A stretch of 38,901 nucleotides of DNA from an uncultured Barnesiella sp. (GCA_964490275.1 CAZBBL010000001.1:1-38901); one strand, 5' to 3'. Numbered from the stretch's first letter, positions 27,272 through 37,358 are shown. The notes: generated from the letters alone by a model not told the origin. Made by a program: numbers and translations.

Positions 27272-28363
27272 TTATTGCGCAGCTACCGTTGCCGGACCGG
27301 TGGTAGCAATAGCGCCGGTGGCCGGGTTGAAAATCAAATAGATAGGCGCTTTGCGGTCGGTGAAGCTTGCCGGATTCATGCCGTAGACCACACCAAGTTG
27401 CGACAACTCTACTTCGCTGCTCGCCAACGTGCGGCCTTGCGAAGTGATATCTATACGAGCCTTGCCGGGGATGCAATATGCCACGCCCCCTTTGGGGAAT
27501 GGCAGCGGCGTACCCTTGTCGGTCAGTGGCAGCTCGCCACGCTCGGTTTCGGTCATCGACATATATACCGGGAAGCCCGATAGGTCATTTGAACCGGTGA
27601 TACCGTTGACAGCCGAAATGCGAGCAATCACATAGTCGGCCACGTCGCCGTCGGGCATATACGTGAAGGTGCGCACATCGGTGCTTACCGACGTGGTGCC
27701 AACAAACATCGCCATCAGAGCTTGCTCTTGAGCATTGATATTGTCCATGACGATTTTCATAGCCTGACCGTCGGGGGGCATCACATCAGCCTGACCGGTG
27801 ATGAGGTCGGTGCGGCTTTGACGAAGGTTGTAAATCTGTTGAGCTGCCAGCTCGGCCCTCTTGGCCGACGAATTGCTTTGCAACATCTCCTCGGTGATTA
27901 CCTGGCGGGCAGCATCGGTCTCCAAGGGCGTCGGCTCGGCCTTCTTGGCTTGAGGCAGAGCCACCGCAGCGGGCTGATAAGTGCGCTCGGTATTGATAGC
28001 CAACGGCAAATTATCGTCGCCGACGACGAGATATGGCGCATAGCCACCTTTGAGCGTCACCAAATAGCGCTGCTCTTGATCGGCAACACCGTGAGTAGTC
28101 ACCGTAGCCGACACGATATCGGCCGTAACCGACGGCGCCGTTATCGGATTGTCGATATTGAGATATTTCTTGGCATATTTATAAAACTCGCCGGGCTGAC
28201 GCACGGTGATTTGCGCTTCGATAGTGACATCGACGGCAGTTTTTGGCAGCGTATAGACGACGCCATAGTCGTTGGCCTTCGACGCAGCCAATTGCTTGGT
28301 TGATTGCGCCGTAGCACCAATAGCGACGACTGCCAAAGCCGACATTATCAGTAGTCTTTTCAT
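27272..28363 (-). CDS. Secreted conserved Bacteroidales protein (DUF4831-like)
   Basis: Signal peptide MKRLLIMSALAVVAIGATA; GVVYTLPKT, PGEFYKYAKKYL, IYNLRQSR..LITG. Family recalled, not searched. Confidence 0.7.
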   Translation of the reverse strand: MKRLLIMSALAVVAIGATAQSTKQLAASKANDYGVVYTLPKTAVDVTIEAQITVRQPGEFYKYAKKYLNIDNPITAPSVTADIVSATVTTHGVADQEQRYLVTLKGGYAPYLVVGDDNLPLAINTERTYQPAAVALPQAKKAEPTPLETDAARQVITEEMLQSNSSAKRAELAAQQIYNLRQSRTDLITGQADVMPPDGQAMKIVMDNINAQEQALMAMFVGTTSVSTDVRTFTYMPDGDVADYVIARISAVNGITGSNDLSGFPVYMSMTETERGELPLTDKGTPLPFPKGGVAYCIPGKARIDITSQGRTLASSEVELSQLGVVYGMNPASFTDRKAPIYLIFNPATGAIATTGPATVAAQ

Positions 28364-28385
28364 ATATAGCAATAGTCGAGAATGT

Positions 28386-29906
28386 TTAGTTGGGTTCCAT
28401 GATAGCCTTGATGGCACGGCCTACATTGTCGGCGATATCGCCGGCGGTAGTGCCGTAGGTGCCATGATCTTCAGCTGCCAACTGGCCGGCCAAGCCATGC
28501 ACATAGACACCAATCAGCGCAGCCGTCTCGGGCGGATAGCCCTGAGCGAGCATACCGGCAATGACACCGGTAAGCACGTCGCCACTGCCACACGTAGCCA
28601 TAGCCGGTGTGCCCGACGAATTAAACAATATTTTGCCGTCGGGACGTACCAGCGCCGTGTAGTGGCTCTTCAAAACTATCAAGATATTGTATTGACGCGC
28701 CATCTCTACAGCCTTGCGCAAGCGAGCTTCGTCGCCGGCGTGCGAGCCAAACAAGCGGTCAAACTCTCCGGCATGGGGCGTGATAATCGACAATACCGGT
28801 ATCAGATTGAGCAACGACGGCTTCGAGGCAATACAATTCAACGCATCGGCGTCGAGAATCACCGGAGTCTTGGTCGTCGACAAAAACTCCTCAAGCGCAC
28901 GTATCGTTTGCTCTCTCACACCGATACCCGGGCCGATAGCCACTGCGTCGTAGTGGCGCGAAGGCTGTATGCGCTCGATGACCAGCTCACCGGGATTGTG
29001 GCTAAAAAGCGCCTCAGGCACAGCCGTTTGCAAGATATTAAAGCCACATTTGGGCGACTCTACCGTCACCTTACCGGCTCCGGCACGCAGCGCACCGCGC
29101 GTTGCCAGCAGCGCCGCTCCCATCATGCCATAGCTGCCGGCATAAATGATAGCCGACCCATAATTGGCCTTCGTTGAAAACGGTTTGCGAGGCTTCAAAT
29201 AGCGATAGACGTCGATATCCTCCACCAAATAAAAACGCGAACGGATATCGGCCGTAGCGGCTTTGCTCAAGCCGATGTCGACAGTCTTCCACTCACCGAT
29301 AAGCTCGGCATTGTCTGATATGAAAAACGACAGACGCGGAAACTGCACTGCCATCGTCAGCGTTGCGTGAACCACATCGCGGCTTATCAGCGTCGGATTC
29401 CAATCGCCGGCCAAGCCCGAAGGTATATCTATCGACACAACCGTAGCGTGAGCCTCATTGATACGCTGCACCAGGTAGCTAAACCCACCCTTCAACGGTT
29501 CGCGCAGCCCCGATCCAAACAATCCGTCGATAATCAGCAAATTGCGCTGCAAATCGGGCATCATACAATTGTCGATTACCTCGGTCATACCTACTTGCGG
29601 CATATCGCGCAACATATCGCGACACGCTGCACACTCGGTCGACAACTTATTGCCCCCGATATTAAACAAGTAGACGTGGCATCTGAAACCCTGCTCGGCA
29701 AGCAATCGCGTCACCGCCAGAGCGTCGGCGCCATTATTGCCCGGCCCGGCAAACACCATCACCGGCTTCGACGGACGCCACCGCGCCTGTATCTCGGCTG
29801 CGACAGCCTCGGCCACGCGCTCTATTAGCTCCATCGCCGACACTCCATCGTTCTCGATTGTATATTTGTCAATCTGACGTATCTCGTTGGTCGTAAATAT
29901 CTTCAT
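28386..29906 (-). CDS. nnr: Bifunctional NAD(P)H-hydrate epimerase/dehydratase (YjeF)
   Basis: GPGNNGAD, DGLFGSG, DIPSG, IGPGIG, LDADAL, TPHAGEF, GSGDVLTG; start at ATG 29906. Confidence 0.95.
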   Translation of the reverse strand: MKIFTTNEIRQIDKYTIENDGVSAMELIERVAEAVAAEIQARWRPSKPVMVFAGPGNNGADALAVTRLLAEQGFRCHVYLFNIGGNKLSTECAACRDMLRDMPQVGMTEVIDNCMMPDLQRNLLIIDGLFGSGLREPLKGGFSYLVQRINEAHATVVSIDIPSGLAGDWNPTLISRDVVHATLTMAVQFPRLSFFISDNAELIGEWKTVDIGLSKAATADIRSRFYLVEDIDVYRYLKPRKPFSTKANYGSAIIYAGSYGMMGAALLATRGALRAGAGKVTVESPKCGFNILQTAVPEALFSHNPGELVIERIQPSRHYDAVAIGPGIGVREQTIRALEEFLSTTKTPVILDADALNCIASKPSLLNLIPVLSIITPHAGEFDRLFGSHAGDEARLRKAVEMARQYNILIVLKSHYTALVRPDGKILFNSSGTPAMATCGSGDVLTGVIAGMLAQGYPPETAALIGVYVHGLAGQLAAEDHGTYGTTAGDIADNVGRAIKAIMEPN

Positions 29907-29960
29907 ATTATTGTTTTTCTGCGATAGCAAATCCTTTACTTGCCCTCCGCAATGAAAATC

Positions 29961-29968
29961 CAAAATTA
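29961..29968 (-). promoter_or_regulatory. Bacteroidota -7 promoter box for nnr
   Basis: TAATTTTG on the minus strand matches TAnnTTTG, about 55 nt upstream of ATG 29906. Confidence 0.6.
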
Positions 29969-30032
29969 CAGATTTTTTTGGTGTTCACAAAAAAACTTAG
30001 CCTATTATCTTTCATCTCTCGAAATCATTCGC

Positions 30033-30040
30033 TAATTTTG
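30033..30040 (+). promoter_or_regulatory. Bacteroidota -7 promoter box for hpt
   Basis: TAATTTTG matches TAnnTTTG, 16 nt before the ATG. Confidence 0.6.
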
Positions 30041-30056
30041 CACAAATTTTCAGACG

Positions 30057-30602
30057 ATGAAACAAGTGACCTACAACGGGCTCACATTTGAGCCATACAT
30101 TGAACGCGAGAAAATCGACAACCGTATCAAAGTGCTCGCCGAGCAAATCAAACACGACTGCGCCGGCAAAAAGCCACTGTTTTTATGCGTCCTCAACGGT
30201 GCTTTCCCATTTGCTGCCGACCTCTTCCGCGCCGTCGACATCGACGCCGAAATCTCCTTCATCCGCCTCAAAAGCTACGAAGGTATGGGCTCTACCGGAG
30301 TCGTAAAAGAAGTTATCGGCCTTAGCGAAGACATCAAAGACCGCACCGTCATCGTTGTCGAAGACATCGTTGACACCGGCAACACCATCCAACGCCTGTT
30401 GCAAACCCTCAACGCTCATCAACCCGCCGAAATCAAAGTAGCTACCCTGCTGTTTAAGCCCGAAGCTCTTCAAGTCGACGTCAAACCCGACTACGTAGGT
30501 TTCGAAATCCCCTCCAAATTTATCATCGGATTCGGCCTCGACCTCGACGGCATGGCTCGCAACCTCCCCGACATCTACGCTCTCAAAGAGAACAAAGACT
30601 AA
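30057..30602 (+). CDS. hpt: Hypoxanthine phosphoribosyltransferase
   Basis: [23 protein letters not shown] (PRPP-binding), FIIGFGLD. Confidence 0.95.
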   Translation: MKQVTYNGLTFEPYIEREKIDNRIKVLAEQIKHDCAGKKPLFLCVLNGAFPFAADLFRAVDIDAEISFIRLKSYEGMGSTGVVKEVIGLSEDIKDRTVIVVEDIVDTGNTIQRLLQTLNAHQPAEIKVATLLFKPEALQVDVKPDYVGFEIPSKFIIGFGLDLDGMARNLPDIYALKENKD

Positions 30603-30743
30603 TCTCCCTCCCCATTGCGACCAAACCATCAATACCCTAAAGCATGATACCGTCGGAAAACTGCTTACCACCACTGCCGACTCCGCGTCGCCGTGGCCAA
30701 AAATCAGTTTAATATTGCATCTATTTTAACCCGACACTCAATT

Positions 30744-31319
30744 ATGATTAATATTGTCATCTTCGGTGCCCCCGGTAGCGGCAAAGGCACACAAAGCGAA
30801 ATCCTCATCGAAAAATACGGCCTGTTTCATATCTCCACAGGCGACCTGCTGCGCGGTCACATCAAAAACGGCACCGAACTCGGACGCATCGCCGACTCTT
30901 ACATCTCTAAAGGCCAACTCATCCCCGACCAACTGATGTTTGACATCCTTGCCGACGTCATCGACGCAAACACCGCTACCGCCAAAGGTTTCATCCTCGA
31001 CGGTTTCCCCCGCACAATCAACCAAGCCGAAGAACTCAAAAAATTCTTCAACCAACGTGGCCTCAAAATCAACGCTGTAGTTGGCCTCGAAGTACCCGAG
31101 CAAGAACTCATCGACCGCCTCATCAAACGTGGCGAGCAATCAGGTCGTAGCGACGACAATCTCGAGACTATCACAAAACGCCTCGACGTATATCACAACC
31201 AAACTCTCCCCATACGCGAATTTTACGTCAACGAAGGTTGCTACTGCCCCATCCACGCTACAGGCTCAATCGACGAAATCTTCGGCCGCATCGCCTCAGC
31301 CATCGACGCCCGCATCTAA
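30744..31319 (+). CDS. adk: Adenylate kinase (short-LID type)
   Basis: GAPGSGKGTQ, HISTGDLLR, ILDGFPRT, GRSDDN; start at ATG 30744. Confidence 0.95.
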   Translation: MINIVIFGAPGSGKGTQSEILIEKYGLFHISTGDLLRGHIKNGTELGRIADSYISKGQLIPDQLMFDILADVIDANTATAKGFILDGFPRTINQAEELKKFFNQRGLKINAVVGLEVPEQELIDRLIKRGEQSGRSDDNLETITKRLDVYHNQTLPIREFYVNEGCYCPIHATGSIDEIFGRIASAIDARI

Positions 31320-31351
31320 TCTCGCATCATCCCAATCCATCAACCACATAC

Positions 31352-31383
31352 AAGCGCCGTCCCGCCATCCCGGGTCGGCGCTT
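31352..31383 (+). terminator. GC-rich hairpin after adk (possible terminator; U-tract weak)
   Basis: AAGCGCCG-t-CCCG ccatcc CGGG-t-CGGCGCTT. Confidence 0.5.
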
Positions 31384-31408
31384 CGCATTTCAAAACACCA
31401 ACCTTATT

Positions 31409-31587
31409 GTAGGGCGAAATTTATTTTCGTTGACGCATCCACTATTAATGAAGCCGTCGTCGCCAGACAAAGATACCGCCATGTTTGTAGGGGCGAAATT
31501 CATTTCGCCCGCCACCATCAAACGCCTATAATCCAAACTATTATCGTCGCTCACGCGACTCTCGGGCGAAATAAATCACGCCCCTAC
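31409..31587. repeat. GTAG-type REP-like palindromes: one degenerate copy plus an inverted pair
   Basis: 31409 GTAGGGCGAAATTTATTTTCG; 31487-31511 GTAGGGGCGAAATTCATTTCGCCCG; 31563-31587 reverse complement GTAGGGGCGTGATTTATTTCGCCCG (22/25 identical to the previous copy). Confidence 0.75.
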
Positions 31588-31628
31588 ATCATGGCCGCAA
31601 GTCTTATGCGACTTGCGGCCATGGCGAT

Positions 31629-31659
31629 AAAAAAACCGGACATCCTGAGGACGTCCGGT
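31629..31659 (-). terminator. Rho-independent terminator of the small lipoprotein gene
   Basis: Minus strand ACCGGACGTCC-tca-GGATGTCCGGT running into a T7 tract. Confidence 0.8.
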
Positions 31660-31685
31660 CTTTATTAGCTTGTCTTGACTCGCTA

Positions 31686-31910
31686 TTAAGCTTGAGCGGG
31701 AGCTTCCTCTGCGGGAGCTTCAGCGTTTTCAGCTTGCTCTTCAGCGGGAGCAGCTTCTTCAGCAACTTCTTCAACGGGAGCAGCAGCTTCTTCAGCAACT
31801 TCTTCAGTAGCTTCAGCAGGAGTAGCTTCTTCAACGTTAGTATCAGCTTTTTTGCAAGATACCATTGCTACACATGCGAGAACAGCGAGTGATAAAAATA
31901 CTTTTTTCAT
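31686..31910 (-). CDS. Small acidic Ala/Glu/Pro-rich lipoprotein
   Basis: MKK + hydrophobic core + MVSC lipobox; repeats of EEVAEEAA; has its own promoter box and terminator. Confidence 0.85.
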   Translation of the reverse strand: MKKVFLSLAVLACVAMVSCKKADTNVEEATPAEATEEVAEEAAAPVEEVAEEAAPAEEQAENAEAPAEEAPAQA

Positions 31911-31960
31911 TTTTGTAAGAATTTAATAATAAAACAATAATTTGTGCTTCAAAAACGCTA

Positions 31961-31990
31961 CAAAGTTAGGCAAATTTTTTTGTATGCAAA
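31961..31990 (-). promoter_or_regulatory. Bacteroidota sigma-A promoter (-33/-7) for the small lipoprotein gene
   Basis: Minus strand TTTG-N18-TAACTTTG. Confidence 0.7.
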
Positions 31991-32074
31991 TATTTTTTGA
32001 GATTTTTTTTGTTTAATATTTGCCAAAAGGGCTTACAAACCTATCTATCAGCGTATTATAGTGTGAATTTTATC

Positions 32075-33793
32075 TTATTTTTTTATTTCAACCTCGCTAT
32101 TTAGCTCTGCGACAATGCTATTAGCCATGGCTACAGCCTTGGTAATATGGTCGCAAATGTGGTCGGCGGGGATGAGTTTGTCGAAGTTGGCATGCTCCAG
32201 GGTGGCACGCACGCCGGGATTAACGCCCGAGAGCACCACGTGGATACCCTCGCTATGAGAAGAATTGACGAGTATCTCGAGGTTGTGGAGGCCGGTAGCG
32301 TCGATAAACGACACCTTACGCATACGCAGGATGCGCACCTTGGGCGTTTCGACCATCGTGTTGCGCATCAACTCGTCAAACTTAGTAGCCACGCCAAAGA
32401 AGAACGGGCCGTCGATTTCGTAGACCGACACGCCGGGAGCCACGTCGAGCACCTCGTGATTGTCGGAGTCGGTACCCTCGGCCACGTCGAGCTGTTCGCC
32501 ATACACCTTGATTTGAGTGTTCTGCATTACACGGCGCAGGAACAGCACTACGGCGAGCATCAAGCCAATCTCGATAGCGATAGTAAGGTCGAAGATGACG
32601 GTAAGGAAGAATGTCACCAGCAGCACGGCCACGTCGCTGCGAGGTGTGCGGATGATGCCGACGATTGTGCGCCAACCGCTCATGTTGTAGGCCACCATAA
32701 TCAATACGGCTGCCAGACACGACATCGGTATAAGATTAATCAGAGGCATCAAGAACAAGAAAATCAGCAGCAGCACTACGGCGTGAACCACACCGGCAAC
32801 AGGCGTGCGGCCACCGTTGGTGATATTGGTCATCGTGCGGGCGATAGCACCGGTAACGGGGATACCGCCAAACAGAGGCACTACGATGTTAGCCACGCCC
32901 TGACCGATAAGCTCGGTATTGGAGTTGGTGCGTGAGCCGGTGATACCGTCGGCCACCGTAGCCGACAGCAGCGACTCGATAGCGCCCAACACGGCGATAG
33001 TAAATGCCGAGGGGAGCAGTTGGTTGATTGTAGCCATATCCAACGAAAATCCGTGAGGCTCGGGGATGCTTGTCGAGAGACCTTGGAAGCGGCTGCCGAT
33101 AGTCTCAACGCCGACAAACGTGTCGGTAAATTGGTTGAGAATCCACACCAACACCGTAGAGATAATGATAGCAATCAGTGCGCCGGGCAGCTTCTTCGAA
33201 ATCTTGGGAGTGACGATAATGATAGCCAAAGCCACCACGCCTACCACCAACGTAGGCCAATCGATGCTGCCCAAGTTGCTCAGATATGCACCCCATTTAG
33301 GCAGAAACTCGCTCGGCACCTTGTCGATTTGCAGTCCGAAGAAATCTTTGATTTGCGTCGAGAAGATTGTCAGCGCTATACCCGCGGTGAAGCCCACCAC
33401 AATCGGGTATGGAATAAACTTAATGACCGTGCCAAGCTTAAACACGCCCATCAACACCAATATCAACCCCGCCATAAAGGTGGCTATTGCCAACCCCTCG
33501 AGGCCGTATGTAGCAATAATGTTGTAGACGATGACGATAAATGCGCCGGTAGGGCCACCGATCTGCACCGAGCAGCCACCTAAGGCCGACACTAAAAATC
33601 CGCCGATGATAGCGGTAATCAAACCGATTGTGGGGTTCACGCCCGAAGCAATACCAAAGGCAATCGCCAACGGCAACGCCACGATGCCCACTACCACGCC
33701 GGCAATCAAATCGGCACGGAAACGTGCCATGTCGTAGTGGCGGAGGGTCGAAAACAACTTCGGTTTGAAGTCGAGAGCTCCTGAAAAATTCAT
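32075..33793 (-). CDS. SulP-family anion permease with C-terminal STAS domain
   Basis: DLIAGVVVGIVALPLAIAFGIASG, QIGGPTGAF, IESLLSA, EIDGPFFFG, FIDATG. Confidence 0.93.
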   Translation of the reverse strand: MNFSGALDFKPKLFSTLRHYDMARFRADLIAGVVVGIVALPLAIAFGIASGVNPTIGLITAIIGGFLVSALGGCSVQIGGPTGAFIVIVYNIIATYGLEGLAIATFMAGLILVLMGVFKLGTVIKFIPYPIVVGFTAGIALTIFSTQIKDFFGLQIDKVPSEFLPKWGAYLSNLGSIDWPTLVVGVVALAIIIVTPKISKKLPGALIAIIISTVLVWILNQFTDTFVGVETIGSRFQGLSTSIPEPHGFSLDMATINQLLPSAFTIAVLGAIESLLSATVADGITGSRTNSNTELIGQGVANIVVPLFGGIPVTGAIARTMTNITNGGRTPVAGVVHAVVLLLIFLFLMPLINLIPMSCLAAVLIMVAYNMSGWRTIVGIIRTPRSDVAVLLVTFFLTVIFDLTIAIEIGLMLAVVLFLRRVMQNTQIKVYGEQLDVAEGTDSDNHEVLDVAPGVSVYEIDGPFFFGVATKFDELMRNTMVETPKVRILRMRKVSFIDATGLHNLEILVNSSHSEGIHVVLSGVNPGVRATLEHANFDKLIPADHICDHITKAVAMANSIVAELNSEVEIKK

Positions 33794-33919
33794 AACTTTT
33801 TTTACCTTATATTATTTATATGTATTGTACCTAAAAAAAAGACTTTCAGAGCCGACCGCGCTATCTTCCGCGCTGCACTATTATAGGCCGACCCGATTGC
33901 AAACTCCTTAAAATTTTTG

Positions 33920-33927
33920 CAAATTTA
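33920..33927 (-). promoter_or_regulatory. Candidate -7 promoter box for the SulP gene
   Basis: TAAATTTG on the minus strand matches TAnnTTTG. Confidence 0.5.
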
Positions 33928-34029
33928 GCAACTTTAACCCATATCCCCCAACAACCATCAAATTTTAACTATCGGCGCACCCTCTCCCCGGCCTGCCGAA
34001 GCAAGCCGGGAAGCGAGGCGGCGAAGGGT

Positions 34030-35232
34030 CTAAATACTATCCGGAGCGCAGCTGTCGTCAGCGTCGACGTCCAACGCACCGACGCTTTTCTCATCCTCCA
34101 AGCCCTCATATTGAGAGAAGATGACGTCGCGACACGACAAATCGCCGTTTACCGATGCAAACTTCAGGTTGTTGCTACATTGATAGCTGCGATCGAGAAA
34201 CGCTATATAGTCTGCCTCCTCGTTGTAAACAGCCAAGCCAAACCGATTAGCCCAAATGGCTTGGGTGTAGCCATAGATTTTCTTAATCTTATTGCCGTCG
34301 GCGTTGTAGATTTCGACACCGCCGGCACGCGACGACGTGACAAACTTGTCGTAGTCCATCAAACTGATGTTGTGGAATTTCGGACTGAGGATGCTCGTCC
34401 CGTCGAATGTCATCACGCCCATACCGCCGTCTTTGAGGCCATAGACTATATATTTGTCGTTGTATTCGCTCACATACGACACGCCGGCCGGGCAGCGATA
34501 CACCTCTTGGCCCTTCTTGTCGACAAAAGCCAAACGGCCGTTATCGTCTTTGGTGATGATATAGCCGTAGCGATACAAGGTAGTGCCTACGTTGTCTGAT
34601 TTCATCTTATAGACCGTGTTGCCCTGCTTGTCGATGATATAATTGGTTTGCGTCTCTTCGGTTTCTTTGATTGTGACAAATGCCAAATCTTCCAAAAACG
34701 ATTGAGCCGACGAATATTTAGGCTCAATCACCACGTTGCCGTCGACATCGATATAGCCAAACTTATAGTCTGACGTGCCTACGACCAACAAGCCATCGCT
34801 ATAGGCCTCGCCGGCCATCACTACCTCCTTGCCGTCGATAGGCATGATGGTGAAGCGGCGCGACCCGTCGGCGTTTAGCACACAGATACGTTCGCCCGGA
34901 TAGCAAGCCGGCACTACCCCATCGTGGACATAGCCGACAGCCGTCAGCCCGTCGGCCAACAGTCGCGGACGTTTGCCAAACTCATAAAGCGACAGCCCTT
35001 CGCTCTCATTTACCGAGAAGCAACCGCCAACCACAGCCGACGGACGTTCGGCAAACTCGTCGCTCATATATATTTTGCCATCGGGGCCATAAAAGCCCCA
35101 TCCGTTTTTGCCAACCTCTTGGACAGCCATATACTCGACCAAGTCCCAACGGTCGGTCGGTTCTGATTTTCCACACGAAACCATCGCCAGCGCCGTCGCT
35201 GCGAAAGCCATTGCTAAAAATTTGTTTGACAT
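34030..35232 (-). CDS. WG-repeat-containing lipoprotein
   Basis: Lipobox AMVSC; repeats such as GWGFYGPDGK, KFGYIDVDGNVVIEPKY, MGVMTFDGTSILSPKF; start at ATG 35232. Confidence 0.75.
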   Translation of the reverse strand: MSNKFLAMAFAATALAMVSCGKSEPTDRWDLVEYMAVQEVGKNGWGFYGPDGKIYMSDEFAERPSAVVGGCFSVNESEGLSLYEFGKRPRLLADGLTAVGYVHDGVVPACYPGERICVLNADGSRRFTIMPIDGKEVVMAGEAYSDGLLVVGTSDYKFGYIDVDGNVVIEPKYSSAQSFLEDLAFVTIKETEETQTNYIIDKQGNTVYKMKSDNVGTTLYRYGYIITKDDNGRLAFVDKKGQEVYRCPAGVSYVSEYNDKYIVYGLKDGGMGVMTFDGTSILSPKFHNISLMDYDKFVTSSRAGGVEIYNADGNKIKKIYGYTQAIWANRFGLAVYNEEADYIAFLDRSYQCSNNLKFASVNGDLSCRDVIFSQYEGLEDEKSVGALDVDADDSCAPDSI

Positions 35233-35286
35233 AAGATAGTGTGTAATTATTTTTGATTTTGTGAATAACTGCAATTGCTCAGCTGT

Positions 35287-36060
35287 CTACTTTGCTGCCG
35301 GCACCAGTCGCGACGACATCTCCCACAGCGCATATAGCGGTATGAACACCACAAAGAGCGTCACAGGGTCGCCCGTAGGCGTAATCAGCGCTGCGGCAAT
35401 CAGTAGTGCAACGATAGCGTGGCGGCGATAGCGTGCAAAAAAGCTGCGTCGCAACAGCCCCATCCGCCCCAACAGCCAGGCCAACAGAGGCAGCTCAAAC
35501 ACCACCCCCATCACCAAGACAATCATCAAAAAATTGTCCATATACGAGTCGAGCGAAATCGTGTTGGGTATCATCGCGCTCAGCTGGTAAGTAGCCAAAA
35601 AGCGCAGCGTCAGCGGAAACACGAGGAAATAGCCGACTCCCACGCCCAGATAAAACATCACGTTGCCCGCCACGAAAGCCCTTGTGGCATGGCGGCGTTC
35701 GCGCTCATACAGCCCCGGCTTGACAAAGCCCCACAGCAGGTAGATAACCACCGGGAAGCCAAACACCAGCGCCAAATAAAACGAGGTCGACAAATGGGTG
35801 AACATCTGCGACGCCAACTGATAGTTGACTAAATCGACATGGAAATCGCCCGTCGCGGCGCTGCCGTCGATAGCGTCAAACAGTGCATACAGCGGGAAAT
35901 CGCCACGACACGGAGCCAAAATCACGCCGTCGAAAATCTCGGGCATAAAGACAAAAAAAGCCACGGCAAGCCCTGCTATGACAAGGCCCACCTTGAGCAA
36001 CACCGAGCGCAGCACATCGAAATGTTGCCAAAAGCCCATTTCTTGAGCGTCGTCAGACAT
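35287..36060 (-). CDS. tatC: Twin-arginine translocase subunit TatC
   Basis: MGFWQHFDVLR, LWGFVKPGLYERE, FELP, AALITPTGDP. Confidence 0.95.
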   Translation of the reverse strand: MSDDAQEMGFWQHFDVLRSVLLKVGLVIAGLAVAFFVFMPEIFDGVILAPCRGDFPLYALFDAIDGSAATGDFHVDLVNYQLASQMFTHLSTSFYLALVFGFPVVIYLLWGFVKPGLYERERRHATRAFVAGNVMFYLGVGVGYFLVFPLTLRFLATYQLSAMIPNTISLDSYMDNFLMIVLVMGVVFELPLLAWLLGRMGLLRRSFFARYRRHAIVALLIAAALITPTGDPVTLFVVFIPLYALWEMSSRLVPAAK

Positions 36061-36083
36061 CGGCAGTCGTCAGATTGGTTGGC

Positions 36084-36278
36084 TTACGATTTTTTATCGT
36101 CGTCGGCCTTTTTATCGTCGGCCTTTATTTCATCTTCGGCCTCGTGGAGCCCCTGCTTAAAACTGCGGACGCCCTTGCCCAAACCGCGCATCAGTTCGGG
36201 TATCTTCTTGCCTCCAAAGAGCAGCAATATCACTACGAGGATTATAATCCATTCCCAGCCTCTAAGATTTGAAAGCAT
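36084..36278 (-). CDS. tatA: Twin-arginine translocase subunit TatA/E
   Basis: [33 protein letters not shown]. Confidence 0.95.
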   Translation of the reverse strand: MLSNLRGWEWIIILVVILLLFGGKKIPELMRGLGKGVRSFKQGLHEAEDEIKADDKKADDDKKS

Positions 36279-36387
36279 ATTGTATAAATGATTTAAGATT
36301 GACAATCTGTTTGTTTGGCAACCGCTCAGGGGCGGCCGTTTCGTGGGTAAAGTTAAGCATTATGTTTAAAGTGTGAAAACATTTTCG

Positions 36388-36395
36388 TAACTTTG
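36388..36395 (+). promoter_or_regulatory. Bacteroidota -7 promoter box for housekeeping fabD
   Basis: TAACTTTG, 50 nt before ATG 36446. Confidence 0.65.
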
Positions 36396-36445
36396 CGCCC
36401 GAAAACCAATCTGAGATATCACCAATCATAATAATTTATAGATTT

Positions 36446-37324
36446 ATGAAAGCATTTGTGTTTCCCGGTCAAGGCGCCCAATTCGTTGGAATGGGCAAAG
36501 ACCTCTACGACACCAATCCCGTAGCGCACGACATGTTTGAAAAAGCCAACGAAATCCTCGGCTTCCGCATCACCGACCTGATGTTTGAAGGCACCGACGA
36601 AGACTTGCGTCAAACTCGCGTTACCCAACCCGCGATTTTCCTCCACTCTGTAATCCTCGCCAAAACTCTCGGCGACGAGTTTCAACCCTCTATGACCGCC
36701 GGCCACTCGCTCGGCGAATTTTCAGCCCTCGTAGCTGCCGGCGCTATGGCCTTTGAAGATGGTCTCCGTCTGGTTTCGGCTCGTGCTCAAGCCATGCAAA
36801 AAGCTTGCGAGCTCAAGCCCTCTACCATGGCTGCCGTATTGGCTTTGCCCGACGCTACCGTCGAAGAAATCTGCTCAGGCATCGACGGCGTTGTCGTTTG
36901 TGCCAACTACAACTGCCCCGGCCAAATCGTCATCTCAGGCGAAATCGAAGCTATCGACGCTGCTTGCGAGAAGCTGCTTGTTGCCGGCGCTAAGCGTGCA
37001 TTGAAGCTCAAAGTGGGCGGCGCGTTCCACTCTCCCTGCATGGAGCCTGCGCGTGCCGAATTGGCTGCCGCTATCGAAGCCACCGACATCCACACCCCCA
37101 TCTGCCCCGTTTACCAAAACGTAGACGCTAAGCCCCACACCGACCCCGCCGAAATCAAAGCCAACTTGGTTGCTCAACTGACAGCCCCCGTACGTTGGAC
37201 TCAATCTGTTCAAAACATGATTGCCGACGGCGCTACAGAGTTTGTCGAACTCGGCCCGGGCAAAGTGCTCCAAGGCTTGGTTAGCAAAATCGACCGCAGC
37301 GTAGCCGTTTCAGGTCGTCAATAA
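36446..37324 (+). CDS. fabD: Malonyl-CoA:ACP transacylase (housekeeping)
   Basis: FPGQG, TQPAIF, GHSLGE, GGAFHSP, ELGPGKVL. Confidence 0.96.
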   Translation: MKAFVFPGQGAQFVGMGKDLYDTNPVAHDMFEKANEILGFRITDLMFEGTDEDLRQTRVTQPAIFLHSVILAKTLGDEFQPSMTAGHSLGEFSALVAAGAMAFEDGLRLVSARAQAMQKACELKPSTMAAVLALPDATVEEICSGIDGVVVCANYNCPGQIVISGEIEAIDAACEKLLVAGAKRALKLKVGGAFHSPCMEPARAELAAAIEATDIHTPICPVYQNVDAKPHTDPAEIKANLVAQLTAPVRWTQSVQNMIADGATEFVELGPGKVLQGLVSKIDRSVAVSGRQ

Positions 37325-37358
37325 TCAACGATTCTCACAACCACCTAAAGGTTACAAC

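Noticed and set aside
31320-31680. CRISPR array
   Set aside because: Repeats are few, degenerate, partly inverted and irregularly spaced; no cas genes
34030-35232. WG-repeat protein as a Tat substrate because it follows tatAC
   Set aside because: The signal peptide has a lipobox but no twin-arginine motif
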